From assembly GCA_951406725.2 (NCBI GenBank), contig OX597814.1:191828001-191892000 (forward strand): a DNA stretch of 64,000 bases, read 5' to 3'. This DNA is from Octopus vulgaris. Taxonomy: Eukaryota. The notes beneath the pieces are model-generated. The model ran no database searches. It saw nothing but the letters and a program-made list of their open reading frames with translations, and was not told the origin of the DNA. The translations under genes were made by a program, and so were the position numbers. Each line of letters starts with the position of its first letter. The stretch's first letter is position 1. Below, in pieces: positions 51,286 through 63,559 of the stretch.

Positions 51286-51654
51286 CAAAGACATAGAATT
51301 TAATTAAATTAGAATAGATGGACACATTAATCTAATTATACCTAAAATCTCCAAGGAGTTAAGGAGATAGGCAAAAATAACTGAACTATTATTAATTTCT
51401 ATAATTATATATTTTGTATATTTCTATATGAATATATTATAATCATAACACCACTACACAACATGCTGATGTGGAATACACGGTATATATTCTCCATATT
51501 AAAATGCACGTAATGCTAAAGGGTGTGTACCTGATTGATTTGGAAATTCATTTTCCCACATTATGCAAATATATATACATACATACATATATATATACAT
51601 GTATATATACATATATACATGTATATATACATACATACATACATATATATATAC

Positions 51655-51687
<33 letters not shown>

Positions 51688-51691
<4 letters not shown>

Positions 51692-52080
51692 TAGGAGTGG
51701 CTGTGTGGTAAGTAGCTTGCTTACCAACTACATGGTTCCAGATTCAGTCCCACTGCGTGGCACCTTGCGCAAGCGTCTTCTACTATAGCCTTGGGCTGAC
51801 CAAAGCCTTGTGAGTGGATTTGGTAGACGGAAACTGAAAGAAGCCCGTCATATGTATATATATATATACATATATATATATATGTACGTGTTTGTATATG
51901 TTTGTGTGTCTGTGTTTGTCCCCCCGACATCACTTGACAACCGATGCTGGTGTGTTTACATCCCCATAACTTAGCGGTTCAGCAAAAGAGACCGCTAGAA
52001 TAAGTCCTAGGGTCAATTTGCTCGACTAAAGGCAGTGCTCCAGCATGGCCACAATCAAATGACTGAAACAAGTAAAGAAT
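51688..52080 (+). mobile_element. SINE family B copy
   Basis: Closely matches 10749-11140. Confidence 0.9.
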
Positions 52081-52435
52081 ATACATATATATATACATAC
52101 ACATATATATACATATATATATATAACAGAATAATATTTAAACATATGCATATGTACATACATACCTGCATCTATATGTATATATACATGCATATATGGG
52201 TACATGACACCAAAAAAAAACGCTGAAAACAATGAGAAATGAAAACATATAAACAAAAACATGGAAACGGACTTTTTTTCAAACAACGAAAAAACAAAGT
52301 ACCAGAGTACAAGACATACAACACAAGGAATATTCCCCTTCTTCAGTTGTCCCTGTTTTGTCTACTCCACATTTCCAAGGTAAGGACAAGACGCGACTTT
52401 GTTGATACAATCCTAACACTCACACCCCACCCCAC

Positions 52436-52466
<31 letters not shown>

Positions 52467-54017
52467 TACATATACATATGTATACATATATTTGTGTGTG
52501 TGTTACTGTTTCTCTGCCTTGACTTCTTTTGATTGTTGTAAATGAATATCACCATCATACAAGTAGTGTCATTAGTTTCAAATCTTCCCTGAAAATATAT
52601 CTGGTCATGGGGAAACATCCTCTAAGTCAGAAATAGCTGAGGGTTGGCGACAGGAAGGGAATCTGTCTGTAGAAAATCCCCCTTCAACAAATTCCATTCA
52701 ACCCCTACAAGCTTAAAAATGTGGGCTACAAAAAATGATGCCCTGATATCTGTCATATTAACAATGAGATGCGATATAAGTCAAGCGTAATTCTCGTTCT
52801 CATTAGTTTGTTGTTATCGAAAGTTCTCATAACTTTGGATTGATTGGAAGTCATCGGCTTGATATTGGTGTGTCTTCTCTTTGTTTTCATTTATACCAAA
52901 GTCTAAAGCCAGTTAATTACTCATTTCAAAGTATCTATGGCTTTAATTCCTTCCACCAAAGATAACACATTTATCCAGCTATAGCAGTGCCTGTTCAGGT
53001 TGAAAATCAAAGTTAATAATGAATTAATGAGATTACAGCAGCCGGGAATAGTCATCCCTTACCCCCACCATGTTCAAACGAAGATGTTAAGAATATAACA
53101 CCTGTTGGCTGAGCATGTTAAAAGCAGCTTGTATGTATGCACAGACTACAAAGTACATCTAAATAATTGTATAGAGACATTCAAGTATCTGGTTCTGAAT
53201 GTAGAAATTACATTTATAAAGCTTTACAGTAAGACTTGTATATTGTCCGTTTGTTGGTAAATGGAACTTGATGGACAGAGCAAAGATATATCTATTATTA
53301 ATACCGACCCTGGCTTAACACAGTTTTTCAACAAACTGGCTTAACACAGTTTTTCAACACTGCATAGGACAATTTATAGAATGAGTTATTGGAATGTTGG
53401 TCTTTCAAAAAAGATATACTAGTATACATTGCGACACTATGAAAAATTCGGAAAATAAAAAAATGTGTTATGGAATGTCTGTGATATGCAAATGTTACTT
53501 TTAATGGCAATAAAAATATTTGTCGTGTTGCAGAAATGGAATTTTTGTCTTAGTGCCGATGAAATTAAGCCTTCATTATGACTAATTAACAGGATTAATG
53601 GCTTTAAAACACTCAGCGAATAAAATGATGTCTGACAGTTTTTAGGATTTGTCAATCTGTACAGGCTTTTTATTGCCGCATTAACCAAGCTGGATTTTTT
53701 TTGAAAGCAAAACACAATTGATTCACTTGCATGGAATAAGATAATGCCTTCATCCTGTTAAAGAATGAACTAATATCCAAGTTTGTTCTTAATAAAGATG
53801 AGTTTCTAACTCTAATGACTTATGCCTTGCCGTATTTGGTTGCTGGAATATCTCGAAAGGGACAATCATAATCTCACTTCAAAGAAAGGTATCCACCATT
53901 GTATGGCTTGTTCACTCACTCTGGCGCTTTCTTGAAAATATCTTTAGACTAGAGAATTAACATAAACCCTTGAAGTACTAATTCTCTGGGCATTATCCTC
54001 GTCACAATTTGATTTTG

Positions 54018-54432
54018 TTACTCCCTTTTACTTGTTTCAGTCATTTGACTGCAGTCATGCTGGAGCACTGCCTTTAGTCGAGCAAATCGACCCCAGGACT
54101 TATTCTTTGTAAGCCTAGTACTTATTCTATCAGTCTCTCTTGCCGAACCGCTAAGTGACAGGGACATAAACACACTAGCATCGGTTGTCAAGCAATGCTA
54201 GGGGGACAAACACAGATACACAAACATATGCACACACACACATACATACATATATATATATATATACACGATGGGCTTCTTTCAGTTTCTGTCTACTAAA
54301 TCCACTCACAAGGCTTTGGTCGGCCCAAGGCTATAGTAGAAGACACTTGCCCAAGGTGCCATGCAGTGGGAATGAACCCGGAACCATGTGATTGGTAAAC
54401 AAGCTGCTTACCACACAGCCACTCCTGTGCCT
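54018..54432 (-). mobile_element. SINE family B copy
   Basis: Reverse complement of family B. Confidence 0.9.
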
Positions 54433-54626
54433 AACAAGCATTTTAACAAATATTTTAAAGGAAAGTAACTTCTTCCTGTTGTTGCTTTATCCAAATTATT
54501 CATTTCAAATATTGATGATGAGCATAATAAACTTATATTCTCTGTTGTAGATAATAAGATTAAAAGGGATCATGATGATCCAAATGTTACAACTAATAAT
54601 CGTGTAAGAAATTACTTCAACTTTTC

Positions 54627-55003
54627 TCTCTCTTATTCTTTTACTTGTTTCAGTCATTTTGACTGCGGCCATGCTGGAGCACCAGCTTTTTAGTCGAGCA
54701 AATCGACCCCAGGACTTATTCTTTGAAAGCCTAGTACTTATTCTATCGGTCTCTTTTGCCGAACCGCTAAGTTACAGGAATGTAAACACACCAGCATTGG
54801 TTGTCAAGAGATGTTGGGGGGACAAACATAGACACACACACACACACACACACACATACATACATATATATATACATGATGGGCTTCTTTCAGTTTCCGA
54901 GGCTATATTAGAAGACACTTGCCCAAGGTGCCACGCAGTGGGACTGAACCCAGAACCATGTGGTTGGTAAGCAAGCTACTTACCACACAGCCACTCTTGC
55001 ACC
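54627..55003 (-). mobile_element. SINE family B copy with an internal deletion
   Basis: Reverse complement of family B. Confidence 0.88.
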
Positions 55004-58000
55004 TATCCACAACAATAATAACACTCCTGTGATCCACAACAATGAATTCAAAACTTTGGACACCATTAAAACTGTTGAACTGGTAGCTACCTAAAATAGT
55101 CCTGAACACGTGCAAGCATGCAAAAGGTGCGTACAGCTTTAACAACACAAACGTAATAGTGATATCATTATGGTTAGATGATGTATAAATTGTATGCATT
55201 ATAAAAAAGATTTCAAGAACTATTAAAAAACTGAGAAACTAGGTAATACAAACAGTATAAAATATTCAAAATGCAGTAAAATTATTGTGTACAATATTAA
55301 TGTACATTAATTATTATTACTATCAATATCAAAAGCCAATAGTGATATCAGTTAGTTAAAACAACATTATTTTCATTTTGTTTCCCTTTATTTTCTTCTT
55401 ATCACAAAGACTGCTGCACACTTGAGGCTATCGGAGCACTTCTAGGTTAATGACAAACAGATGTTGATGTTCACTGTCTCCATCTAAAACAAGACTTTCA
55501 CCACCCTAATTCAATCTGTTAACAGTTCTAACCATGGCATTCATTATCATCTGATAGAAAGAATCAATGTTATTCATGAGTCAAATCCTTTTATTATTAT
55601 TATCATTATTATTATTATTGACTCGAGTTACTCAACACACACTGATCGAAATTTTCTGCCATCTTTAATCCAAGTAATACTTCTTCCAGCCTGAATAATA
55701 TATTTAGCTTCAGTAAGACATTTCATAAAATGCTTTTGATACTAGACAGTTTCCTCAGTGTCAACAAATAGATTAATTCCAGTACAATGTGGTCACCCGA
55801 TAATTTTTTCTGCACGAGGTAATCTAATTTGCAACCAGATGAAGCTGTGTGATGATTGAACAACATTTTAAAGAGAAACTGTATAAGGGACGTTTTACTG
55901 TCCTGTACCACCCTTTCAGCAAAGACATTTGAGAAATGTTCATAAACTGTGAATTTCTAGGTAATTTTTTGCGCCTTCATTCGTCTCAACAAACATTGAA
56001 AAAGGCATTATTCACACAATGGTGGCCTTATGTAAACAGAGGTATTCATCAGTTGCCAGAACACTCCTTTAAAAGTTAGCGGTTCAGCAAAAGGGACCAA
56101 TAGAATAAGTACTAGGCTTACAAAGAATAAGTCCTGGGGTCAATTTCCTTGACTAAAGGCAGTGTTGCAGCATGGCCACAGTCAAATGACTGAAACAAGT
56201 AAAAGAGTAAAAGATCTATATAATTATCATAAATAATGTAAATAATTATCATAAATGTAACAATTCACAAAGGGTATCACACTTGGCTACTTTTACACCA
56301 TTCATCTTTTACTGGATGGTTCCATACAATAACATCATGCACCCAGATTGATATTTCAGTCTTTAATTAATGTTAAAGAGCAGGTGGCTCGCTCGCAAGA
56401 AAGTTTCTAAAAACACTTGAAGAAATCCGGCCACCCAGGTCTTGTCGAGGCATAGGCAACCACTGTAAACAGTGTCTTTGTTGTTGTTCACATCCAACAA
56501 AACTACCCGGAGATGTTGGATCCAAGAAGGTTGTCTGTACCTCGATATCCAAACCCTTCAAAAATAACGTTGTCACCATGTCCCCCGATCTGGGCGACTA
56601 AAAGATGTGTCCACTCGGTCGCGTTGATGGTTCTTACAACAACAACTTGCTCTTAAAAAAGGATCTGAACTGTATAACTTGTCGTGTTCTCTTGCTATAA
56701 AATATATCAAAATATATTCGATATATATATTCTTTTTTCTTTTACACTTCAAAAAGAAACAAGATTCTCACTCTAATTGATCAATTGCAAAAGATCAATA
56801 AACTTGTTAATAATACGACAATGATATTTTCAAGTTGGATCTTGTCTAATGATTCAGTTCAAAGAAAACTCGACCGGCTTGAATTAGCCTTCAAATCACT
56901 TCAATCTTAAAAGAAATAGATACACATTGGATAATCTCCTATCTTCTTAAAGGAAAAATATATAAGATAAAGTAGTCTGGGGTACTTGTTTGTTTGTCTA
57001 CTTATCCCCCCTCTGTCTCTGTCTCTCTCTAATGGATACTGATCAAGCGAATATATAATGGAGACAACGTAAGCATTCACTACTTCTGACAGCGTTTCTG
57101 GGCCAGCTTCCTTTCAGCTTATTGCTAGATGAGGCTGGCCATTCTGCTCAAAATGTCTTCCTAGTTACAATTCACCTGAAAGTCTGGACTGAACCAGACC
57201 TCAAGCAGCTTAACTGGTCCATGTCCCCAGTAACCATTAGAAAGTCGCATACATTTATTTGAAATTGAGTAGCGCACATGCACGGCCAAGCCTACTAAAC
57301 ATTGATGTGTGAATGTATTTCGACATCATGGCTTTGCAATCAGGGTCCATCGGACGGCTTTGGTTCCATTGTGTTTTAGGACTGCGCATTTGCAGCTCTA
57401 CCATGTTATTGTCTGAGTCCTGGAAGATAATCAGTACCTGGAGATCAAACCTTTCTGAGACACCACTACCACATCGCTTCCCAATACAGACCAACTCTAA
57501 AAAGAGATGAGAACACCTAGTCTCGCTGATGGCGGCCCAGTGGCGTAGCTAAAGTGTGTGCCGCTCAAGACAGCCCTTGAGTTTACCACCCTAATCTGGT
57601 CCCAACAGGCTGCACAGGCTTACACAGCACATCCAAAAGTACCGCATCCATAAAAAGCCACCCAGACAGAACACCACATGCCCCCACCCTATCCATGCTC
57701 CTGTGGTTACCATATTTGTAATAGTAACTTGAAGTCGTTAACCTTGCTTCCAGTCGACCTCAGTTCACATTTGTAGTGGCACAAGCAGTCAGCGCCATAT
57801 TGGATGAGATCTTGCCAGCAGCTGTTGCCATCTCCGAGACTGGAGCGAGATCTCAACTGCATCCATTTGCCATGCACAAGATCACAACGAGGCTCGCGAT
57901 GGCAAACTGGATATAAGGGCCCAACAAACAGATTCTTTCTCTTCTTCACTGCAAGCGCTTGCTGAACACATATATTTGCTGGCTGGATCTCCAGGCTAGT

Positions 58001-58511
58001 CCTGTCTGCACATCGTATCTCCATAGGAAATGGGCCCGCATTAACGGAGACACAACGAGACGTACACAGCTTGAGATGGTCTACTGAGAGCGACACACAT
58101 CATTTATTATGTGTAACTATGTAAATAAAACTGGTTGTGAATTCACATTTCCACTTGAGACTTCTTTCCTCGCCTGCTGGAGCCTGAAACAACACAAAGA
58201 ACAATTTTAAAGGGAGAAGGCGATATTCATCCGATATCATGAACCTTGCTTCCCATTATACATTCATTAGTGCGACATATTTTACGTTGGTCAGAGAGAG
58301 GACCAAGAGATCACTTGTCTTTGTCTCTTCAGTTTATCTTTGTCTCTTGTGTCTCTTCAGCAGTTTAGGAGACAGAATCACTCCTTCTTTGAAAATCATT
58401 TCCAAAATGTCTTTCTTGTTTTTGCAGAGATGTCCGGTGTCAAAGGGATATTTTTTTTATTGCTGCTTACAAAAATTATACAAGGTCACTCCCGACCTGA
58501 AAAGTCAAATA

Positions 58512-59362
58512 GGATTTTTTCGGTTTGAACGGCAGGTTTTTCTAGCGGTGTCATATAAAATTGTCACCCACAATTATGACCCTAGTATCGATTTATTGCA
58601 TTTCAATCTGTTTTAGAGTTAGGGTTAGGGTTACGGGTGGGGGAAGGGTATCTTTTTTTCTTCAGAAATGTAAATAAACCCAAGATCTTTTCGGTTTGAA
58701 TGGCAGTTTTTTAAAATAATTTCCACGTAACTAAACACTTTTAAACTTCGTATACTGGTAGAATGTGTTTATAAAACATCTTTTTCTCTTGGCTTTATTG
58801 AGAAAATTCTATAGTTTGTAAGATCTTTGTTGTGTTTTTTCTTCAATTTCTGCAATTTCAACTAATCAATGACGTCTATTGAGGTGAAAACATTCTGTGC
58901 CGTATGAATATGTCCCTCGTTTAAGTAACAGATTGGGTTTAGGATTTTTTCGGTTTGAACGGCAGTTTTTAACATAATTTCTAGGTAACTAAAGAATTTT
59001 AAACTTCGTATACTGATAGAATGTGTTTATAAAACATCTTTTTCTCTTGGCTTTATTGAGAAAATTCTATAGTTTGTAAGATATTTGTTGTTTTTTTTCT
59101 TCAATTTCTGCAATTTCAACCAATCACTGACGTCTATTGAGGTAAAAAACATTCTGTGTCGTATGAATATGTCTCTCGTTTAAGAAACAGATTGGGTTTA
59201 TTTACATTTGTGAAGACAAAAAGATACCCTTCCCCCCAACCCTAACTAACCCTAACCCTAAAATAGATTGAAATGCAATAGATCGATACTAGGGTCATAA
59301 TTATGGGTGACAATTTCATATGACACCGCTAGAAAAAACTGCTGTTCAAACCGAAAAGATCC
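58512..59362. mobile_element. Rearranged pair of ~420-bp TIR DNA transposons carrying TTAGGG repeats; complete copy at 58942-59362
   Basis: ~23-bp TIR GGAT(C/T)TTTTCGGTTTGAACGGCAG forward at 58512, 58683 and 58942, and inverted ending at 59362. 58683-58941 duplicates 58942-59200, and 58512-58682 is the reverse complement of ~59193-59362. Confidence 0.85.
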
Positions 59363-59940
59363 AAAAAAACTATTTCTTCAACTCCGACAGACTTGCAGAA
59401 TTTTAATGGTATTAAAGAAAAATTAACTACAGTTACCCTGCTAGCCCATCCGGTACTAGATGCTCCTCTATCACTGATAGTAGATGCATTTGATGTTGGA
59501 ATCGGTGGAGTACTGCAACAGTTTGTCCGAAATTCTTGGGAAGCTCTTTCTGTTTTTTGAAGTGTTTCAAGCTAGCTGAAACGAGGTACAATACTTTCGG
59601 ATGAGAGTTATTGGCAGTTTATTTGTCTGTGAAACATTTTACTGCTTCTTGGAAGGACGAACTTTTAACAATTATACTCATTATAAACCATTAACTTGTG
59701 CATTGCAATCCAAAATGGATAAATACTGCCCAACAGTCTTCAGACGCCATGGTTATATTTCAGTTTACTGTAGACATTAGTTATATCGAGCATGCTGAAA
59801 ATTCTGTTTCAGATACATTTATCCAGTGTCTGTATAATTGCTCCGCATTCTGCTGATATAATTGATATGGAGAAGATTGCTATGAATCAGAAACAATCTG
59901 AAGAGTTACTGCAACTCCGAAATTCTGAGTCAGGTATTTC
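59363..59940 (+). mobile_element. Gypsy/Ty3 LTR retrotransposon pol fragment (RT connection and RNase H), pseudogenised
   Basis: IKEKLTTVTLLAHPVLDAPLSLIVDAFDVGIGGVLQQ, YNTFG*ELLAVYLSVKHF and TIYTHYKPL match Gypsy RNase H motifs (TDAS..GIGAVLQQ, YS..ERELLA, TDHKPL). Confidence 0.85.
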
Positions 59941-59984
59941 CTGAAGCAAAGACGACAGTTAGACGGTAATATATTATCAAGGTG

Positions 59985-60385
59985 AGGGCGGTGAGTTGGC
60001 AGAAACGTTAGCGCACCGCGCGAAATGCTTAGCGGTATTTCATTTGCCACTACGTTCTGAGTTCAAATTCTGCCGAGGTCGACTTTGCCTTTCATCCTTT
60101 CGGGATCGATAAATTAAGTACCACTTACGCACTGGGGTCGATATAATCGACTTAATCTGTCTGTCTGACCTAGTTTGTCTCCCCTGTGTTTAGCCCCTTG
60201 TGGGTAGTAAAGAAATAGGTATTTCGTCAAGCGTTACCTTCTGAGTTCAAATTCCGCCAAGGTTGACTTTACCTTTCATCCTTTCAAGTTACGCCCCTGG
60301 GGTCGATGTAATTGACTGAAATCCATTGTCAGTCCTTGTTTGTCCCCTCTATGTTTAGCCCCCAGTGGGCAATGAAGAAATAAAC
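59985..60385 (+). mobile_element. SINE family A with a tandemly duplicated body and a 14-bp TSD
   Basis: TSD ATATTATCAAGGTG at 59971-59984 and 60386-60399. Body repeats from GGTATTTC (60035, 60218). Confidence 0.9.
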
Positions 60386-61986
60386 ATATTATCAAGGTGT
60401 TGCAAATGGTAGACTTCTATCCGACCTTTCAAGACAAAATATTTGTGAGACTGGATACTCTGCTTATGGTCTTAGTAAAAACAGTTAGAAGTTTTACCTG
60501 AGTGGGGGTTCCTGTACGAACCCACGATGCCATGCAATGAGACTGAATCCAAAACCATGTGGTTGGGACGCAACCTTCTTACACTCAGCCACAATATTTT
60601 GCCAAATTTCTCATGAATATTTTACAAGAATATCAACTCTGTCCATTCTTGTAAATATGATTAATGCAGCATGTGAATATTGTGTAGTGGAACTATTTGC
60701 CATAACTGCACTCATTTTTGTCATGTGCTCTATTTTTCTTGTTTTGAGTCGGAACGAAAAGAGACTCTGTTCACACAGCACTTCATTATCACCATTTATT
60801 TCGTTAGAAATGTTTATTTTATGCTTGTCACTGAGCATTAGTTTACATTCGCAATATCCCCCTTCATTTTGATGTTTGCTATTGCTGTTAATTTCAAAAT
60901 GAAAGCTTTCTAGAACTTTCTCTTAGCAACTACCTCGAACGATATCCGGTATTCAGATCCTGTTTACTTAGTGACAGAGGAGAAAGGAAAACGTATTGTG
61001 TGACGTAGACATATTTTGTTTAGGGGTATTATTGATAAAAGTATATTATGTATTGGGCAATCTTCTTTTGTAAGGGCGACTGTGTGGCGTGTAAAAGGAG
61101 ACATTTCTGTCACCAACTCCTTTACATACGGTCGTTCACTACAATTTAAACTGGTTATGGATACGACAAATTGAAATTTTACCTGCTGCTTTCCATTAGC
61201 ACTGTTAAATTTTGAGATTTTCTTTCGTTTGTGTATTATTTATGCAAAACCAGATTTAGTCGGTGATATTCAAAACAAAGTTCAAATGCCCAAGAAGAAA
61301 AAAAAAAGCTAGTCAAAGTAGAAATTGATATTACGACTCATTGAAAATAAAGAAAAAGAAAAGTAAACAAGAAATCAACTCAATATTTCAGCTTCCACAA
61401 TGAGAAAGGAAAACGATATAGTTGTAGTAAGGTTTGAAACCGATTCGACAGATTACGAATTTTAAGTCACGACAGAGCACAAATATCCAAGCCACACTCA
61501 TACACTGGTAAAGATTAAAAGTTGGACAATTTTGTTGAAAATCAACTTAAAATGGTTTAACTCAAAACACCTGGAACGAAGGCAAATATATAGCAGTCTC
61601 GTAATTGAGCATGACAGGTAAACAGTTAAAGTGAGCTTAAACTGTTTATATAGGCATAAAATAAGTGGACGAGGGCGAATTTTTACGAGGAAAAATCTCC
61701 CTGGTTTTACTAAAGAATCATGAATATCATTGTATAATATATTTTGCGTGTTCATTTGTATAAGTAACAAAAGAAAACATCTTTAAAATAACATTGGGAC
61801 TTTATTCTTTCGTAAATTTGTACAGTGGATCAAAGCTAGATATATTACAAGTTCTGTCAGTTGTTGTTCATCCATCGTTTTGATAATTCAGCTAGGATCG
61901 TCATTGGTTGCCATGGGCTCCGTTAGATATCAATTTTTCCCTGGACGGTAGGATCTGCAAACTCACCCCGTTGAAAGCTCTCACTC

Positions 61987-62120
61987 ATGTGTCCTGGAGC
62001 CTCTTCTCCATAATTGGTGCGACAAATTATTTTTCTCACTCTCTCACTCATGAGCTCTCACTCATCTAACTCGTAAATAATTTGTCGCACCAATTATGGA
62101 GAAGAGGCTCCAGGAAACAT
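61987..62120. repeat. Near-perfect inverted repeat (46-bp arms, 1 mismatch), MITE-like
   Basis: ATGTGTCCTGGAGCCTCTTCTCCATAATTGGTGCGACAAATTATTT versus AAATAATTTGTCGCACCAATTATGGAGAAGAGGCTCCAGGAAACAT. Confidence 0.9.
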
Positions 62121-63134
62121 ACAGAATTAATCGGTTGAAGTATATTACGCGCAACGTGATTGGACCTTCGATCCAATTCCGGCGCAACTCTCAACTAATC
62201 ACAACACAGGGCTCAATAAATGTCCAATAACTCATGATAGGCATTTTAACCAATCACAACAGATTAGCGTGGTGAGCCTGTATAAGCCAAACTTAATGTT
62301 CCTAAGTAAGCAATAATACAAATTGGTCCCGCTACAGCATCGTGCATTAAATTGAAATATTTTAATTTGGGCACAAAGTGACTGATTGAGGGGTAGTAGT
62401 TGATTACGTTGACCCCGTTACTCAACTAGTACTCTTTTTATCAACCCCGAAAGGATGAAAGGTAAAATCGACTTAGACGGAAATTGAAATTTCGACGTAA
62501 AACCGAAAGAAATAACATTATGTATTTTGTCTGGCGTGCTAACGATTCTGTTAGCTCGTCGCCTTTGAATTAAATTGAAATATGAAGACTCACATTGAAA
62601 ATAGGAACTTCAGTTGAATCAATACCTAAAAAAAGTATCGAAACTAACCAGTTATTATTTTTTCAAATTTTGTTAGAATTGCGAAATGACGCCAAACTTG
62701 CATTTTGTCTCTTTTCCCATTTTAAAATATCGATTTCTAACTATGGCACAAAACAATCTTCATATTTAGAGAAGGATTAGAGTCGATGAAATCGATCCAA
62801 GTAAGATAAAAAGGAAAGTTGACCTTGGCGTGGTTTGAACTCAAAACTTAAGAGCCATAACTTGCAAAGTATTTTCTTGGTTGATGACCCCGACATTTAA
62901 CAGATGCTTTTATTATTGCTTATAATAGCTTGATGTTATAAGCAATTATAAAACCAGCTTGACGCTGGTTGGGTGCTTAACAGACCAATCACGTGAAACT
63001 ACTGTCGTAAAGTCATGGTGCATAACCAGTTACCTAGCGGTTCGGTTTCAAATCACCGCTACAAATTAATTTTGTAAATGGCTCAGATAAATTTCTTGTG
63101 GCTCCAAATGATGCCATCTGTAGTGCAGCGTTGT

Positions 63135-63553
63135 ATCTCTTTTATCTCTTTCTCTTTTACTTGTTTCAGTCATTTGACTGTGGCCATGCTGGAGCACCGC
63201 CTTTAGTCGAGCAAATCGACCCCGGACTTATTCTTTGTAAGCCCAGTACTTATTCTATCGGTCTCTTTTTGCCGAACCGCTAAGTGACGGGGACGTAAAC
63301 ACACCAGCATCGGTTGTCAAGCAATGCTAGGGGGACAAACACAGACACATAAACACGCACATACAAATATATATATATATACATATATACGACAGGCTTC
63401 TTTCAGTTTCCGTCTACCAAATCCACTAACAAGGCATTGGTCGGCCCGGGGCTATAGCAGAAGACACTTGCCCAAGATGCCACGCAGTGGGACTGAACCC
63501 GGAACCATGTGGTTGGTTAGCAAGCTACTTACCACACAGCCACTCCTGCGCCT
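63135..63553 (-). mobile_element. SINE family B copy
   Basis: Reverse complement of family B, little diverged. Confidence 0.9.
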
Positions 63554-63559
63554 ATCGTC

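Noticed and set aside
52331-52400. Possible permuted hammerhead on the minus strand (GAAA...CTGAAGA)
   Set aside because: Stem I cannot be formed.
53310-53358. Short tandem duplication CTGGCTTAACACAGTTTTTCAAC x2 (similar case at 19243-19298)
   Set aside because: Ordinary slippage duplication with no further structure.
55640-56070. Possible piggyBac transposase C-terminal remnant on the minus strand
   Set aside because: Only vague motif resemblance; not supportable without a profile search.
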